A DNA stretch of 64,000 nucleotides. It comes from a bacterium (GTDB lineage Bacteria > Krumholzibacteriota > Krumholzibacteriia > LZORAL124-64-63). Location of the stretch: assembly GCA_024231905.1 (NCBI GenBank), contig JAAEQC010000102.1, forward strand, positions 80,033 through 144,032. The letters are read 5' to 3'. Within the stretch, counting starts at the first letter, position 1. The number at the start of each line of letters is the position of its first letter. The notes below the pieces were generated by a model. The model searched no databases. It saw nothing but the letters and a program-made list of their open reading frames with translations, and had not been told where the DNA came from. The translations under genes were made by a program, and so were the position numbers. Positions 46,451-55,591 of this stretch are shown here, piece by piece.

Positions 46451-49150
46451 TTGAAAGCCAGGGAAATCAGGTCCCGCTTCCTCGAGTACTTCGCCGCCCA
46501 TCAGCACGAGGTCGTCACCTCGTCTTCGCTGGTGCCCCGGGACGACCCGACCCTCATGTTCACCAACGCGGGCATGAACCAGTTCAAGGCCGTCTTCCTG
46601 GGCCTGGAGAAGCGCGACTACGTGCGCGCCACCTCGGTGCAGAAGTGCATGCGCGTCTCGGGCAAGCACAACGACCTGGAGGAGGTGGGCAAGGACGCCC
46701 GCCACCACACCTTCTTCGAGATGCTCGGCAACTGGTCCTTCGGGGACTACTACAAGCGCGAGTCCATCGCCTGGGGCTGGGAATTCCTCACCAAGGAGAT
46801 GGGCCTTGATCCGGAGCGCCTCTGGGTCTCGGTCTACAAGGATGACGACGAGAGCTTCGGCATCTGGGAAAAGGAGGTGGGTGTGCCCGCCGGTCGCATC
46901 GTGCGCCTGGGGGACATTGAGCAGGGCGACGAGGAGAACTTCTGGTCCATGGCCGACACGGGGCCCTGCGGTCCCTGCACCGAGATCCACTACGACCAGG
47001 GCGAGGCGCAGAAGTGCGACCACCCGGACGGCTGTTTCGTGGGCGTGTGCGACTGCGACCGCTGGCTCGAGCTGTGGAACCACGTCTTCATGGAGTTCGA
47101 CCGGCAGGAGGGCGGCAAGTTGATCCCCCTGCCCATGAAGAGCGTGGACACGGGCCTGGGCTTCGAACGCCTGGTGACGGTCATGCAGGGCAAGCAGAGC
47201 AACTACGAGACCGACGTCTTCACGCCCATGATCGCGCGCGTGGCCGAACTCTCGGACCGCGCGCCCGAGGGCGAGGACCGCATCTCCATGCAGGTGATCG
47301 CGGACCACGCCCGGGCCTGCGCCTTCACCGTGGCCGACGGTGCCATCCCCAGCAACCAGGACCGGGGCTACGTGGTCCGGCGCATCCTCAGACGCGCCGC
47401 CCGCCACGGTCATTTGCTGGGCCTGGAGAAGCCGTTCCTGTTCGAGATCGCCGACGTGGTCATCGCCGAGATGGGCGACGCCTACCCGGAACTGGTCGAG
47501 CGCCGCGAACGCATCCTGGAAGTGATCCGCAAGGAGGAGGAGCGTTTCGGACGCACCCTGGCCGGCGGTCTCCAGGTCTACGCCGAATTCAAGGCGGCCA
47601 TGTCTCGTGACGGCCGCACCGAGATCTCCGGCGCCGAGGCCTTCAAGCTCCACGACACCTTCGGCTTCCCGGTGGACCTGACCGCCGTGGTCGCCGAAGA
47701 GGACGGCTTCACCGTGGATCGGACCGGCTTCTCCGTCTGCATGGAGGAACAGCGGGCCCGCAGCGGTTCCGAACGGGTCTACCGCGAGGGCCTGGGCGCC
47801 TGGCAGCCCGTGGCCGACGCCGACCTGGCCGGGTATCGCGGCGCCTTCACCGGTTACGACGCCCTGACCGGATCCGGCCAGCCGGTGGCCCTGCGCGCAG
47901 CTGGCGACCAAGTGCACCTGCTTCTGGACGCCACGCCCTTCTACGGCGAATCCGGCGGCCAGGTGGGCGACAGCGGGACCATCACCCTGCAGCCCGCGGG
48001 CACCGTTCTGAAGGTCGTCGACACCCAGGCCGCCGAGGAGGGCTCTTCCCTGGTGCTCGCCGGCACGGTGGAGGACCTCCTGCCGGCCCTGGCCGCCGCC
48101 GAGTCGGTGGACCAGGTGGTGGACGCCGATGCACGGCTGTCGACCATGCGCCACCACACGGCCACCCACCTGCTGCACGCTGCCCTGCGCCGGGTCTTGG
48201 GCGACCACGTGGAACAGGCGGGCAGCGTGGTGGATCCGCGCCGCCTGCGCTTCGATTTCCGTCACGACCAAGCTCTCACCGCGGACGAGCTCACGCAGGT
48301 CGAGCGCCTGGTCCAGGACCGCATCCTGGACAACCGTCCGGTGGTGCGCCACGACGACATGGCCCTGGACGACGCCCGCGGTCGCGGCGCCATGGCTCTC
48401 TTCGGCGAGAAGTACGGGGACCGGGTGCGGGTCATCGAGATCCACGGCGGCGCCCAGGCCAACCAGGCGGCCCCCGACGCCGGCGACCTCTTCTCCCTGG
48501 AACTCTGCGGCGGCACCCACTGCCTGGCCACCGGCGATATCGGTCCCTTCCGTATCGTGGGCGAAGGCAGCGTCTCGGCGGGCGTGCGGCGCATCGAGGC
48601 AGTGGCCGGCATCGTGGCCCGGGACCTGACCCACCGGGACCGGGACCAGCTGGCGGCCCTGGGCCGGGTGCTGCGTTCGGACGGGGCGGGTTACTCCGAG
48701 CAGGTGGACGAATTGCTGGCCGAGCAGAAGGCCCTGCGCAAGGAACTGTCGGGCCAGCGAAGCGCTTCGGCCCAGGCGGGCCTGGAGGACGCGCTGGCGG
48801 CGCCGCAGGCCATCGGCGACCTGCGCCTGGTGGCGGCGGCGGTGCCCGCCGACGACAAGGACGCCTTCCTCAAGCTCGGCGACCACGTCAGGGACAAGCT
48901 GGGCACGGCAGGGGTGGTGGTCCTGGCGGCGGACATAGGCGGCAAGGCCATGGTGCTGGTGACGCTCACGTCCGACCTGGTGGCGAGCAAGCGCCTGCAC
49001 GCGGGCAACCTGGTCAAGGAGATCGCCGCTGCGGCCGGCGGCCGCGGCGGCGGTCGGCCCAACATGGCCCAGGCGGGCCTGCCGGACGCGGCGGCCGTGG
49101 CCACGGTCCTGGCGGCGGCGCCGGGCGTGGTCGAAACCCAGGCCGGCTAG
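46451..49150 (+). CDS. alaS: Alanine--tRNA ligase
   Basis: DPTLMFTNAGMNQFK, HHTFFEMLGNWSFGDY, GPCGPCTEI, DTGLGFER, editing HTATH and ELCGGTH, GGRGGGRP. Confidence 0.98.
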   Translation: MKAREIRSRFLEYFAAHQHEVVTSSSLVPRDDPTLMFTNAGMNQFKAVFLGLEKRDYVRATSVQKCMRVSGKHNDLEEVGKDARHHTFFEMLGNWSFGDYYKRESIAWGWEFLTKEMGLDPERLWVSVYKDDDESFGIWEKEVGVPAGRIVRLGDIEQGDEENFWSMADTGPCGPCTEIHYDQGEAQKCDHPDGCFVGVCDCDRWLELWNHVFMEFDRQEGGKLIPLPMKSVDTGLGFERLVTVMQGKQSNYETDVFTPMIARVAELSDRAPEGEDRISMQVIADHARACAFTVADGAIPSNQDRGYVVRRILRRAARHGHLLGLEKPFLFEIADVVIAEMGDAYPELVERRERILEVIRKEEERFGRTLAGGLQVYAEFKAAMSRDGRTEISGAEAFKLHDTFGFPVDLTAVVAEEDGFTVDRTGFSVCMEEQRARSGSERVYREGLGAWQPVADADLAGYRGAFTGYDALTGSGQPVALRAAGDQVHLLLDATPFYGESGGQVGDSGTITLQPAGTVLKVVDTQAAEEGSSLVLAGTVEDLLPALAAAESVDQVVDADARLSTMRHHTATHLLHAALRRVLGDHVEQAGSVVDPRRLRFDFRHDQALTADELTQVERLVQDRILDNRPVVRHDDMALDDARGRGAMALFGEKYGDRVRVIEIHGGAQANQAAPDAGDLFSLELCGGTHCLATGDIGPFRIVGEGSVSAGVRRIEAVAGIVARDLTHRDRDQLAALGRVLRSDGAGYSEQVDELLAEQKALRKELSGQRSASAQAGLEDALAAPQAIGDLRLVAAAVPADDKDAFLKLGDHVRDKLGTAGVVVLAADIGGKAMVLVTLTSDLVASKRLHAGNLVKEIAAAAGGRGGGRPNMAQAGLPDAAAVATVLAAAPGVVETQAG

Positions 49151-49171
49151 AAAGCACCGCGATTCAAAGCA

Positions 49172-49209
49172 AGAACCGGGACACCTGAGGGCGTCCCGGT
49201 TCTCGTTTT
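49172..49209. terminator. Terminator between convergent alaS and OMP genes
   Basis: AGAACCGGGAC…GTCCCGGTTCT followed by CGTTTT. Confidence 0.7.
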
Positions 49210-49224
49210 CCCACCATAAACCAA

Positions 49225-49779
49225 TTAGGGCAGGAATCCGATATCCACGCCCACCGTGAGGGTGTACAGCCGGGTGCGGTGGGACTCCAACTGCAGTTGC
49301 CGCGCCAGGACCTCAACGTAGAGGTTGGATTCCGTGTCGCCCCGCACCAACAGCCCGAATCCGCCGCCGTAGACCAGGTCCGAATGGGAATAGCTCGCGG
49401 CGCCGACCGCTGAATCGAAGTCGTAATCGTACTGGCCGGCGAAGCCCTTCAGGTAGGGCGCGTGCTTGCCGTCCCGCACGAAGTACTTGCCGGTGGCCAG
49501 GTAGTCGACGACGGACTCGTTGGGAGCGTTGCCGTTCACGTCCTGCTCGGCGTCGTAGCCCAGGTAGGAGATCTCCGCGCCCAGGATCAGCCGCGGGGTC
49601 AATTGGTAGCCCAGGCCGGCACCCACGATGTAGCCGTTGTCGGCCTCGTCGCTGGAAGGCACGTTGAAGCCGCCGCCGAAGGTGAGATTGAAGTTGCCCG
49701 GTTCGGGTTCGCTCGCTGTCGCGGTCCCGGCCACGGCCAGGACGCAGATCAGACCAACCAGCACGCGCATCATGGCCAT
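49225..49779 (-). CDS. Outer membrane beta-barrel protein (OmpA-transmembrane-like, about 8 strands)
   Basis: Signal peptide, GAGLGYQ, PYLKG, YGGGFG strands. Confidence 0.75.
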   Translation of the reverse strand: MAMMRVLVGLICVLAVAGTATASEPEPGNFNLTFGGGFNVPSSDEADNGYIVGAGLGYQLTPRLILGAEISYLGYDAEQDVNGNAPNESVVDYLATGKYFVRDGKHAPYLKGFAGQYDYDFDSAVGAASYSHSDLVYGGGFGLLVRGDTESNLYVEVLARQLQLESHRTRLYTLTVGVDIGFLP

Positions 49780-49860
49780 GCTCCTCGGCTCGAGTGGGGC
49801 GAGTTTACGTGAACCCTTTAGGTATCGGGGGTGGGGGGCGGGTCTTGAGGACCGGGATCG

Positions 49861-50523
49861 TCAGCGCAGGTGCCGGACCTCGTCCGGGGATTTGCGCCCG
49901 ATGTCGGGCACGGTGGCGTCAGCGGCCGCATGGCCGGCTACCAGCAGCAGGAAAGGCTTCTCCCGGCGGGGCCGCTCCAGGATGCGACCCAGGAATTGCA
50001 TGGGACTGGGCGTGTGGGTGAGGGTGGCCAGCCCCGCGTCGTGGAGGGCGGCGATGAGGAAACCCGCCGCCAGGCCCACCGATTCCTTGGTGTAATAGTA
50101 GCGGATCTTCCGTCCGTCCGGAGCCAGGCCGTAGCGCTGCTCGAAGACCACGATGAGCCAGGGCGCCGTCTCCAGGAAAGGTTTCTCGGCGTCGGTGCCC
50201 AGGGGGGCAAGGGCGTCGAGCCACTCCTGGCTGGCCCGCCCCTCGTAGAAGGCCCGCTCCTCCGCCTCGGCGGCCAACCGGATCTCCCGCTTGACCGCCG
50301 GGTCGCCGACGATCTCGAAGTGCCAGGGCTGCATGTTGGCGCCGCTGGGCGCCTGGGCCGCCGCGCGGACGCACTCCTGGATGACGGCCCGGTCGACCGG
50401 ACGGTCGCAGAAGTGGCGGACCGTGCGCCGGGCGGTCAGGCGGTCGGCGAAATCCCGGGCCCGGGCCAGGCGTTCATCGTCGTCGTAGGCGGGCAGCGGG
50501 GGCAGGGGAAGGTGCGGCTTCAT
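49861..50523 (-). CDS. Nitroreductase family, iodotyrosine deiodinase (IYD)-like
   Basis: [32 protein letters not shown]…[29 protein letters not shown]. Confidence 0.88.
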   Translation of the reverse strand: MKPHLPLPPLPAYDDDERLARARDFADRLTARRTVRHFCDRPVDRAVIQECVRAAAQAPSGANMQPWHFEIVGDPAVKREIRLAAEAEERAFYEGRASQEWLDALAPLGTDAEKPFLETAPWLIVVFEQRYGLAPDGRKIRYYYTKESVGLAAGFLIAALHDAGLATLTHTPSPMQFLGRILERPRREKPFLLLVAGHAAADATVPDIGRKSPDEVRHLR

Positions 50524-50530
50524 GATCTCC

Positions 50531-51109
50531 TCACGGGGTGGCGTCGAGCAGGAGTTGCGAGGCGATCTCTGCGCGCTTGTCGTCGCCGCACAGGATGCCC
50601 ACCAGGACGATGGCGAACTCGAGGGCCGTGCCGGGCCCCTGGCTCGTGACCAGGGGGCCGTCCACCACCACACGCTCGTCGCAGTGGGAACCGGCGGGCA
50701 ACCATTCGGCCAGGGCGGGGAAGCAGGTGGCGCGGCGGCCGTCCAGCAGGCCGTGCTCGGCCAGCACCGTCACCGGGGCGGCGCAGATGGCGCCCAGCAG
50801 GCGGCCGGCATCGGCATGGGTCCTCAGCAGTTCGGTGAGGGGCTCGCTGTCCCGGAGATACTCGGCGCCCGGCAGGCCGCCCGGCAAGACGACGGCGTCC
50901 CAGGCGGTGACAGCGCATTCGTCCAGCAGGGCGTCGGCCACCAGGCGTACGCCGCGCGAGGCGGTGACCTCCGGTCCTTCGCCGCCGGGCGAGGGTACCC
51001 GCGCCACGGTAACCTCGACACCGGCCCGGCGCAGGGTGTCGACGATGCAGACGGCTTCGATCTCCTCGGACCCGTCGCTGATCGGTACGAGCACGCGGGG
51101 TGGGGACAT
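50531..51109 (-). CDS. DJ-1/PfpI (YajL/ThiJ) family protein
   Basis: [15 protein letters not shown], nucleophile GAICAAP, TSQGPGT. Confidence 0.92.
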   Translation of the reverse strand: MSPPRVLVPISDGSEEIEAVCIVDTLRRAGVEVTVARVPSPGGEGPEVTASRGVRLVADALLDECAVTAWDAVVLPGGLPGAEYLRDSEPLTELLRTHADAGRLLGAICAAPVTVLAEHGLLDGRRATCFPALAEWLPAGSHCDERVVVDGPLVTSQGPGTALEFAIVLVGILCGDDKRAEIASQLLLDATP

Positions 51110-51176
51110 GGGGCCTCCCAGGTGTGGCGATGATGTTCGGCAGGAACAGGATACGATCCGCCGCCCCGGGCCGCAC

Positions 51177-52130
51177 TCAGAGATCGAAGGCCCAGCCCAC
51201 CGTTACCGTCAGCATGTCGTTGGTCGGTTGGGGATCGACGGCGCCGCTGCTGCGGTGGTGGCTGCGCACTTCGGCGGTGGCCCGGCCCGACCGGACGCCC
51301 ATGCCGATGGCGGTGCCGAGCCAGGAATTCTCCCGGTGATACCAGCCCAGGCCCAGGCTGACGAAGGGCTCGATGCCGCCGGCCGGCAGGGTGACGCGGG
51401 CGGTGGCGCCCGCGTGGCCCGTGTCGTGCACCGAGGCGGCGCGGCCGCTCCAGTGCTCGCGGTAGGTGCCCAGGCGCATCCAGCCCACGTCGGGTCCCGC
51501 CTCGAGCCAGGATTTCAGGCGGCGTGGCACGAAGAGGCGCAAGTGCAGGTCGTCGTACTTGTCGCCGCCGATGTCGTCGGCGGCGGACATGCCCAGTTGG
51601 GGTTCGAGGCGCCAGGCACAAAGCGGGACCGCTGCGCGGACATCCAGGTCGTACCACGTCTCGGAACCGGATCCGATCAGGGCGCCTATGCTGCCGACGA
51701 TCGTGGCCCCCACCGAGGCGCTGCCGATGGTCATGCCGGCGAAGGGGGCGACCGTACCCTCGATGGTGTTTTCGTCGGCCAGGTCCGACGCGGCGAGAGC
51801 GAACAGCAATCCCAGAACGCCGCCGCTCGCGGCGCCGATGGTGCTGCCGGTCCGCCAGCCGCGGGCGGACGTGGAGCGCTGCTGGCGCACCAGCAGGATC
51901 TCTCCGGCGGCCAAGGCTTCGCGCGCCGGCTGTCCCGAAATCGCGGCCAGACCCACCGAGTCGCCCGCCGCCGGGGCCGGAAAGCCTGTGTGCACGGCCC
52001 CGTCGTCAGTGGTGATCTCCAGCAGAAGGCCCGGGTCCAGGCGGAGGACGCGGATCGCCCAGTCCTCGTCGGCGCGGGCGGAGGACAGGAGCAGCGGGAC
52101 CAGGAGCAGTACGAGGATCAAGCGGGGCAT
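51177..52130 (-). CDS. Secreted protein with glycine-zipper segment and C-terminal beta-barrel
   Basis: Signal peptide, GxxxGxxxG repeats, C-terminal amphipathic strands ending VGWAFDL. Confidence 0.6.
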   Translation of the reverse strand: MPRLILVLLLVPLLLSSARADEDWAIRVLRLDPGLLLEITTDDGAVHTGFPAPAAGDSVGLAAISGQPAREALAAGEILLVRQQRSTSARGWRTGSTIGAASGGVLGLLFALAASDLADENTIEGTVAPFAGMTIGSASVGATIVGSIGALIGSGSETWYDLDVRAAVPLCAWRLEPQLGMSAADDIGGDKYDDLHLRLFVPRRLKSWLEAGPDVGWMRLGTYREHWSGRAASVHDTGHAGATARVTLPAGGIEPFVSLGLGWYHRENSWLGTAIGMGVRSGRATAEVRSHHRSSGAVDPQPTNDMLTVTVGWAFDL

Positions 52131-52217
52131 GGTAGCAACCGTTTCCAGGGGTGTGTGGGGTGGGTCGACAGCCGGTGCATGAACGCCGTTACGGTACGGT
52201 ATCGAGAGGGATTCATC

Positions 52218-52252
52218 AAAAAAAGCGGGGACGGCAACCGCCGTCCCCGCTT
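52218..52252 (-). terminator. Rho-independent terminator of the cytochrome operon
   Basis: GCGGGGACGGC/GCCGTCCCCGC stem with a T7 tail on the minus strand. Confidence 0.8.
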
Positions 52253-52263
52253 CAAGCGCCGCT

Positions 52264-53796
52264 TCAGGAATCGGTCGCGGGAGTCTCCTCCTCGACCGGT
52301 TGGGGCAGCGGCGTGTCGGTGCCCAGGAACTCGTCCCGGTGGAACTTGTGCAGCATCAGGTCCGGATCTCCATGCTCCAAGGGGAGCAGGAACTGGAACG
52401 GCTGATCGCTGCCCTGGGCCAGGAGGGAGTGGCAAAGGGTGCAGTCGTAGGGGACCGCCACGCCCTGCTCGTCCACCATGTCCGGATTGTGGCACCGGAA
52501 GCACCCGCTCTCGCCCCGGTGGCCCAGGTGCGAAGGGTAGGTGTTCCAGGTCACGTTCATGGCCGGGAAGATGTTGCGGGCGTAGATGGCCTGCACCTCC
52601 TTAACCATGGTGTCGATTTCGAGGCCGAGTCCCGTCGCGCGGTGCTCGCCGCGCCGGTAGAAGCCGCGGATCTCGTTGTCGATGCCGGACAGGGCGGCGT
52701 CCTTGTCCCGCCAGTTGCCCAGCAGGGCGTCCAGGGCCACCCGCTTGGCGAACGGCAGATGCCGGTCGATGCGGTCGGCGGATAGGGCGGCGTCCACCGC
52801 GCCCTCCGGATCCTGGTAGACGTGGGTGGCGCGATTATGGCAATCGACGCAGTCCATGGACCGCACTTCCGCCGGGTGCTCGTCGCTCCCGGTCGGCTGC
52901 ACGTTGCGGTTCGTGTAGCGGTGGAACTTGTCGCCGCGCTTCACTTCCACCCAGGTCATCTTCGTGCGACCCGGATCGGCGGCCTCGTAGCGGACCTCGT
53001 TGGACCCGGCGATGTGCCAGTGGATCGTGCCCCGGTCCTCGCCCGTGCCCGATCCCACCTTCAGGGCCAACGTCGTGTGCCGCGGCGTCGAGGTCCGGTC
53101 CGGTGCGAAGCTGTCGAATGACTTGATGCGTGTCCCGTAGAACTTGTCGGGCCAGTGGCACTTCTCGCACGTCTCCCGGGCCGGACGCAGCTGGCGCACC
53201 GGCGTCGGGATGGGACGCTCGTAGAGGTCGAAGGTGGCCGAGATCACCTGCCACAGGCCGTTCAGTTTGGCGTCGATCAGGGCGCCGGCGCCCTCACCCA
53301 CGTGGCACTCCACGCACTTGACGTGGGCGTGGGGGGAGTTCTGGTAGGCCGTCCACTCCGGTTCCATGACCGGATGGCAGGCGGTCCCGCAGAATTCGGG
53401 TCCATCCATGAAATGGAGCACGCGCGCGCCGCCGAGACCGATGAACATGAGGTTCATCACGGTCAGCAGGGCGATCATGCCCACCAGCGACGAGCCCAGG
53501 CGCTTGGCCTTGGTCATGTCGTCGGGGAATCTCTGGCTGAGCAACTCTTCGGTCGTGCGCCCGGTGGCCTGGCGGAATTTCCACCAGCCGATCGGGATCA
53601 GGATCAGGCCCAGGAGGAACAGGGCCGGCAAGGCCATGTAGCTGATGAGCCCGACGTAGGAGTTGGTCAGGATTCCCGCGATCCGCAGCAGCTCGAAACC
53701 GACGAAGAGCAGGAACGCGGAGGTCACGAAAGTGACCCCCAACGTTCCGGTCCAGTTCGTCGAGATGCCGCGGATGAAGAGCTGGAATCGCTTCAT
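52264..53796 (-). CDS. Membrane-anchored NapC/NirT-family multiheme cytochrome c (about 6 hemes)
   Basis: Three N-terminal TM helices. CGTACH, CVECH, CEKCH, CVDCH, CFRCH, CTLCH. Confidence 0.9.
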   Translation of the reverse strand: MKRFQLFIRGISTNWTGTLGVTFVTSAFLLFVGFELLRIAGILTNSYVGLISYMALPALFLLGLILIPIGWWKFRQATGRTTEELLSQRFPDDMTKAKRLGSSLVGMIALLTVMNLMFIGLGGARVLHFMDGPEFCGTACHPVMEPEWTAYQNSPHAHVKCVECHVGEGAGALIDAKLNGLWQVISATFDLYERPIPTPVRQLRPARETCEKCHWPDKFYGTRIKSFDSFAPDRTSTPRHTTLALKVGSGTGEDRGTIHWHIAGSNEVRYEAADPGRTKMTWVEVKRGDKFHRYTNRNVQPTGSDEHPAEVRSMDCVDCHNRATHVYQDPEGAVDAALSADRIDRHLPFAKRVALDALLGNWRDKDAALSGIDNEIRGFYRRGEHRATGLGLEIDTMVKEVQAIYARNIFPAMNVTWNTYPSHLGHRGESGCFRCHNPDMVDEQGVAVPYDCTLCHSLLAQGSDQPFQFLLPLEHGDPDLMLHKFHRDEFLGTDTPLPQPVEEETPATDS

Positions 53797-53807
53797 CGCT
53801 CAGCCCC

Positions 53808-55136
53808 TTACTTGATGTTCACCTGGTACGTGCCGTCGAACATGGCCGCCAGCTTGCCCGACTTGATGTCGGCCTTGATGTCGGCGGTCGGCTGCGACAT
53901 CCACACGTGCATGGGATCGGCGAGGATCTCGTCGATCAGCTTGTCCACGTCCGGGTCGTGGAATTTGCGCAGCTCCGGGATGTACTTGAAGTAGAAGTGC
54001 TGGGCCACTTCGTAGATGCCGTGCCACCAGGTGTAGTCCGGTCCCATCATGGCCGCGCCGTGACGCGCACGACGACCCTCGTGGTGCCAGATCTCCCACC
54101 AGATCCACTCGTACTTGTTGGAGAAGTTGGCGGTGCCGTCGCCCAGCTTCTTCTCCTTGGCCAGCTTGTGCAGGGCCGCGCCCGGCTTGGCGAACTTCTC
54201 GTTGTAGAGGTGCACGAGGCCGTCGAGCTGGGCGTAGTGGCCGTCCACGAAGGTCTTGCCGTGGCAGTTGGTGCACACGTCCTTCATGTTGTCCCGCTTG
54301 GCTTCCCAGTTGTCCTTGGTCTTGGACACGGGCGGACGCAGGGTCCAGCTGATGCGCATGCCCACGTCGTGGGTCACGGCCTGGTTGCTCGTGGCCGACA
54401 TGTGGCAGGTGGCGCAAGTGGGGGCCTCGAAGTAGTCCAAGCCCACGATCCAGCGCTTGGCCTCCAGGTTCATCTTTTCCTGGTTGGTGTAGTAGGCGTT
54501 GCCGTGCTTGGACTCCTCGTAGACTTCCTTCTGCGGATGGTCCGGGCCCAGGTGGCACTTGGAGCAGGCCTCGGGCTGGCGGGCCTGCTTCACGCTGAAG
54601 GCGTGCCGCGTATGGCAGGCCGTGCACGCACCCTTGCTGCCGTCAGGATTCAGTCGGCCGATGCCGCTGTTGGGCCAACTCAAGCGGTGCAGCTTGTTGG
54701 GGCTGTTGGGGTCGATGAGCATCTTGCCGCCGTGGCAACTCTCGCAACCGGCGATGGCCACCGGCGCGCCACCGGCCGCGTGGGCCAGGTATGCGTCCTT
54801 GGAGTCGAGAATCTCACCGGCGTGGGCGTGGTAGCTGTCGCCCACTTCCTTGGCTTCCTTCTCGTGGCATTTGCCGCAGTCGTAGGGTGTGACGAGGGTG
54901 GCGATGAGGGCGCCTTCGTGCATGAAACCGTCCGCGTCACCCTGGGCGGCAGCGTGGCAGTCGATGCAGGTCACGTTGTGCTTGGCGTGCTCCGAGTCGT
55001 ACCACTGGTTGTACAGGCCGAGGCTCTTCTCCTTGTGGCAAGTCATGCACTTGCCGGCCGCCGTGTCGTCGGCGGCCAGAGCGGCGCCGGACGCCAGGAG
55101 GGCGAGGAGGCTCGCGGCGATCAGCAGCTTCTTCAT
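53808..55136 (-). CDS. Periplasmic octaheme hydroxylamine oxidoreductase (HAO)-family cytochrome c
   Basis: Signal peptide, eight CxxCH motifs, CTACHTRHAFS, CHLGPDHPQKEVYEESKHG, APTCATCHM, GPDYTWWHG. Confidence 0.92.
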   Translation of the reverse strand: MKKLLIAASLLALLASGAALAADDTAAGKCMTCHKEKSLGLYNQWYDSEHAKHNVTCIDCHAAAQGDADGFMHEGALIATLVTPYDCGKCHEKEAKEVGDSYHAHAGEILDSKDAYLAHAAGGAPVAIAGCESCHGGKMLIDPNSPNKLHRLSWPNSGIGRLNPDGSKGACTACHTRHAFSVKQARQPEACSKCHLGPDHPQKEVYEESKHGNAYYTNQEKMNLEAKRWIVGLDYFEAPTCATCHMSATSNQAVTHDVGMRISWTLRPPVSKTKDNWEAKRDNMKDVCTNCHGKTFVDGHYAQLDGLVHLYNEKFAKPGAALHKLAKEKKLGDGTANFSNKYEWIWWEIWHHEGRRARHGAAMMGPDYTWWHGIYEVAQHFYFKYIPELRKFHDPDVDKLIDEILADPMHVWMSQPTADIKADIKSGKLAAMFDGTYQVNIK

Positions 55137-55591
55137 CGTCGGGCTCCTTGATCGGATTCGGGACGAAACTGGTTGTGAACAACCCAACAACCTTCGTCTG
55201 AACTTCACCTTGGGTCAATCCCCCTTCGGGGGGTGCGGAGGGGGTCTCCGAGTGTCGCTTGACGCCTCATCTGCTGATTCTGAAACGCGTTATCGCGATG
55301 TCATCGGTTCGTCACAGGCATGTAAGCTGGTCCTCGGTCGTATATTCCGGTCGTATCGATAATTAGGACATATGTATCTGTTACAGAAGGTTCAAATCTT
55401 CGCAATCGCTGCATAATCACGAGCCGCCATGTTCCATGATGCTTTGTAACTGTTATCGACAAGAACGTCCTGAAACGGACGCTATCTGGGACCGGGTTTC
55501 GAGGGAATCAACTTTCCGGGAGGGTTCGCAGTTGGCGGGGTGGGAGAGACGGGCATGGATTCCCCGGACCGGTCGCCGTAGATTGACCTTC

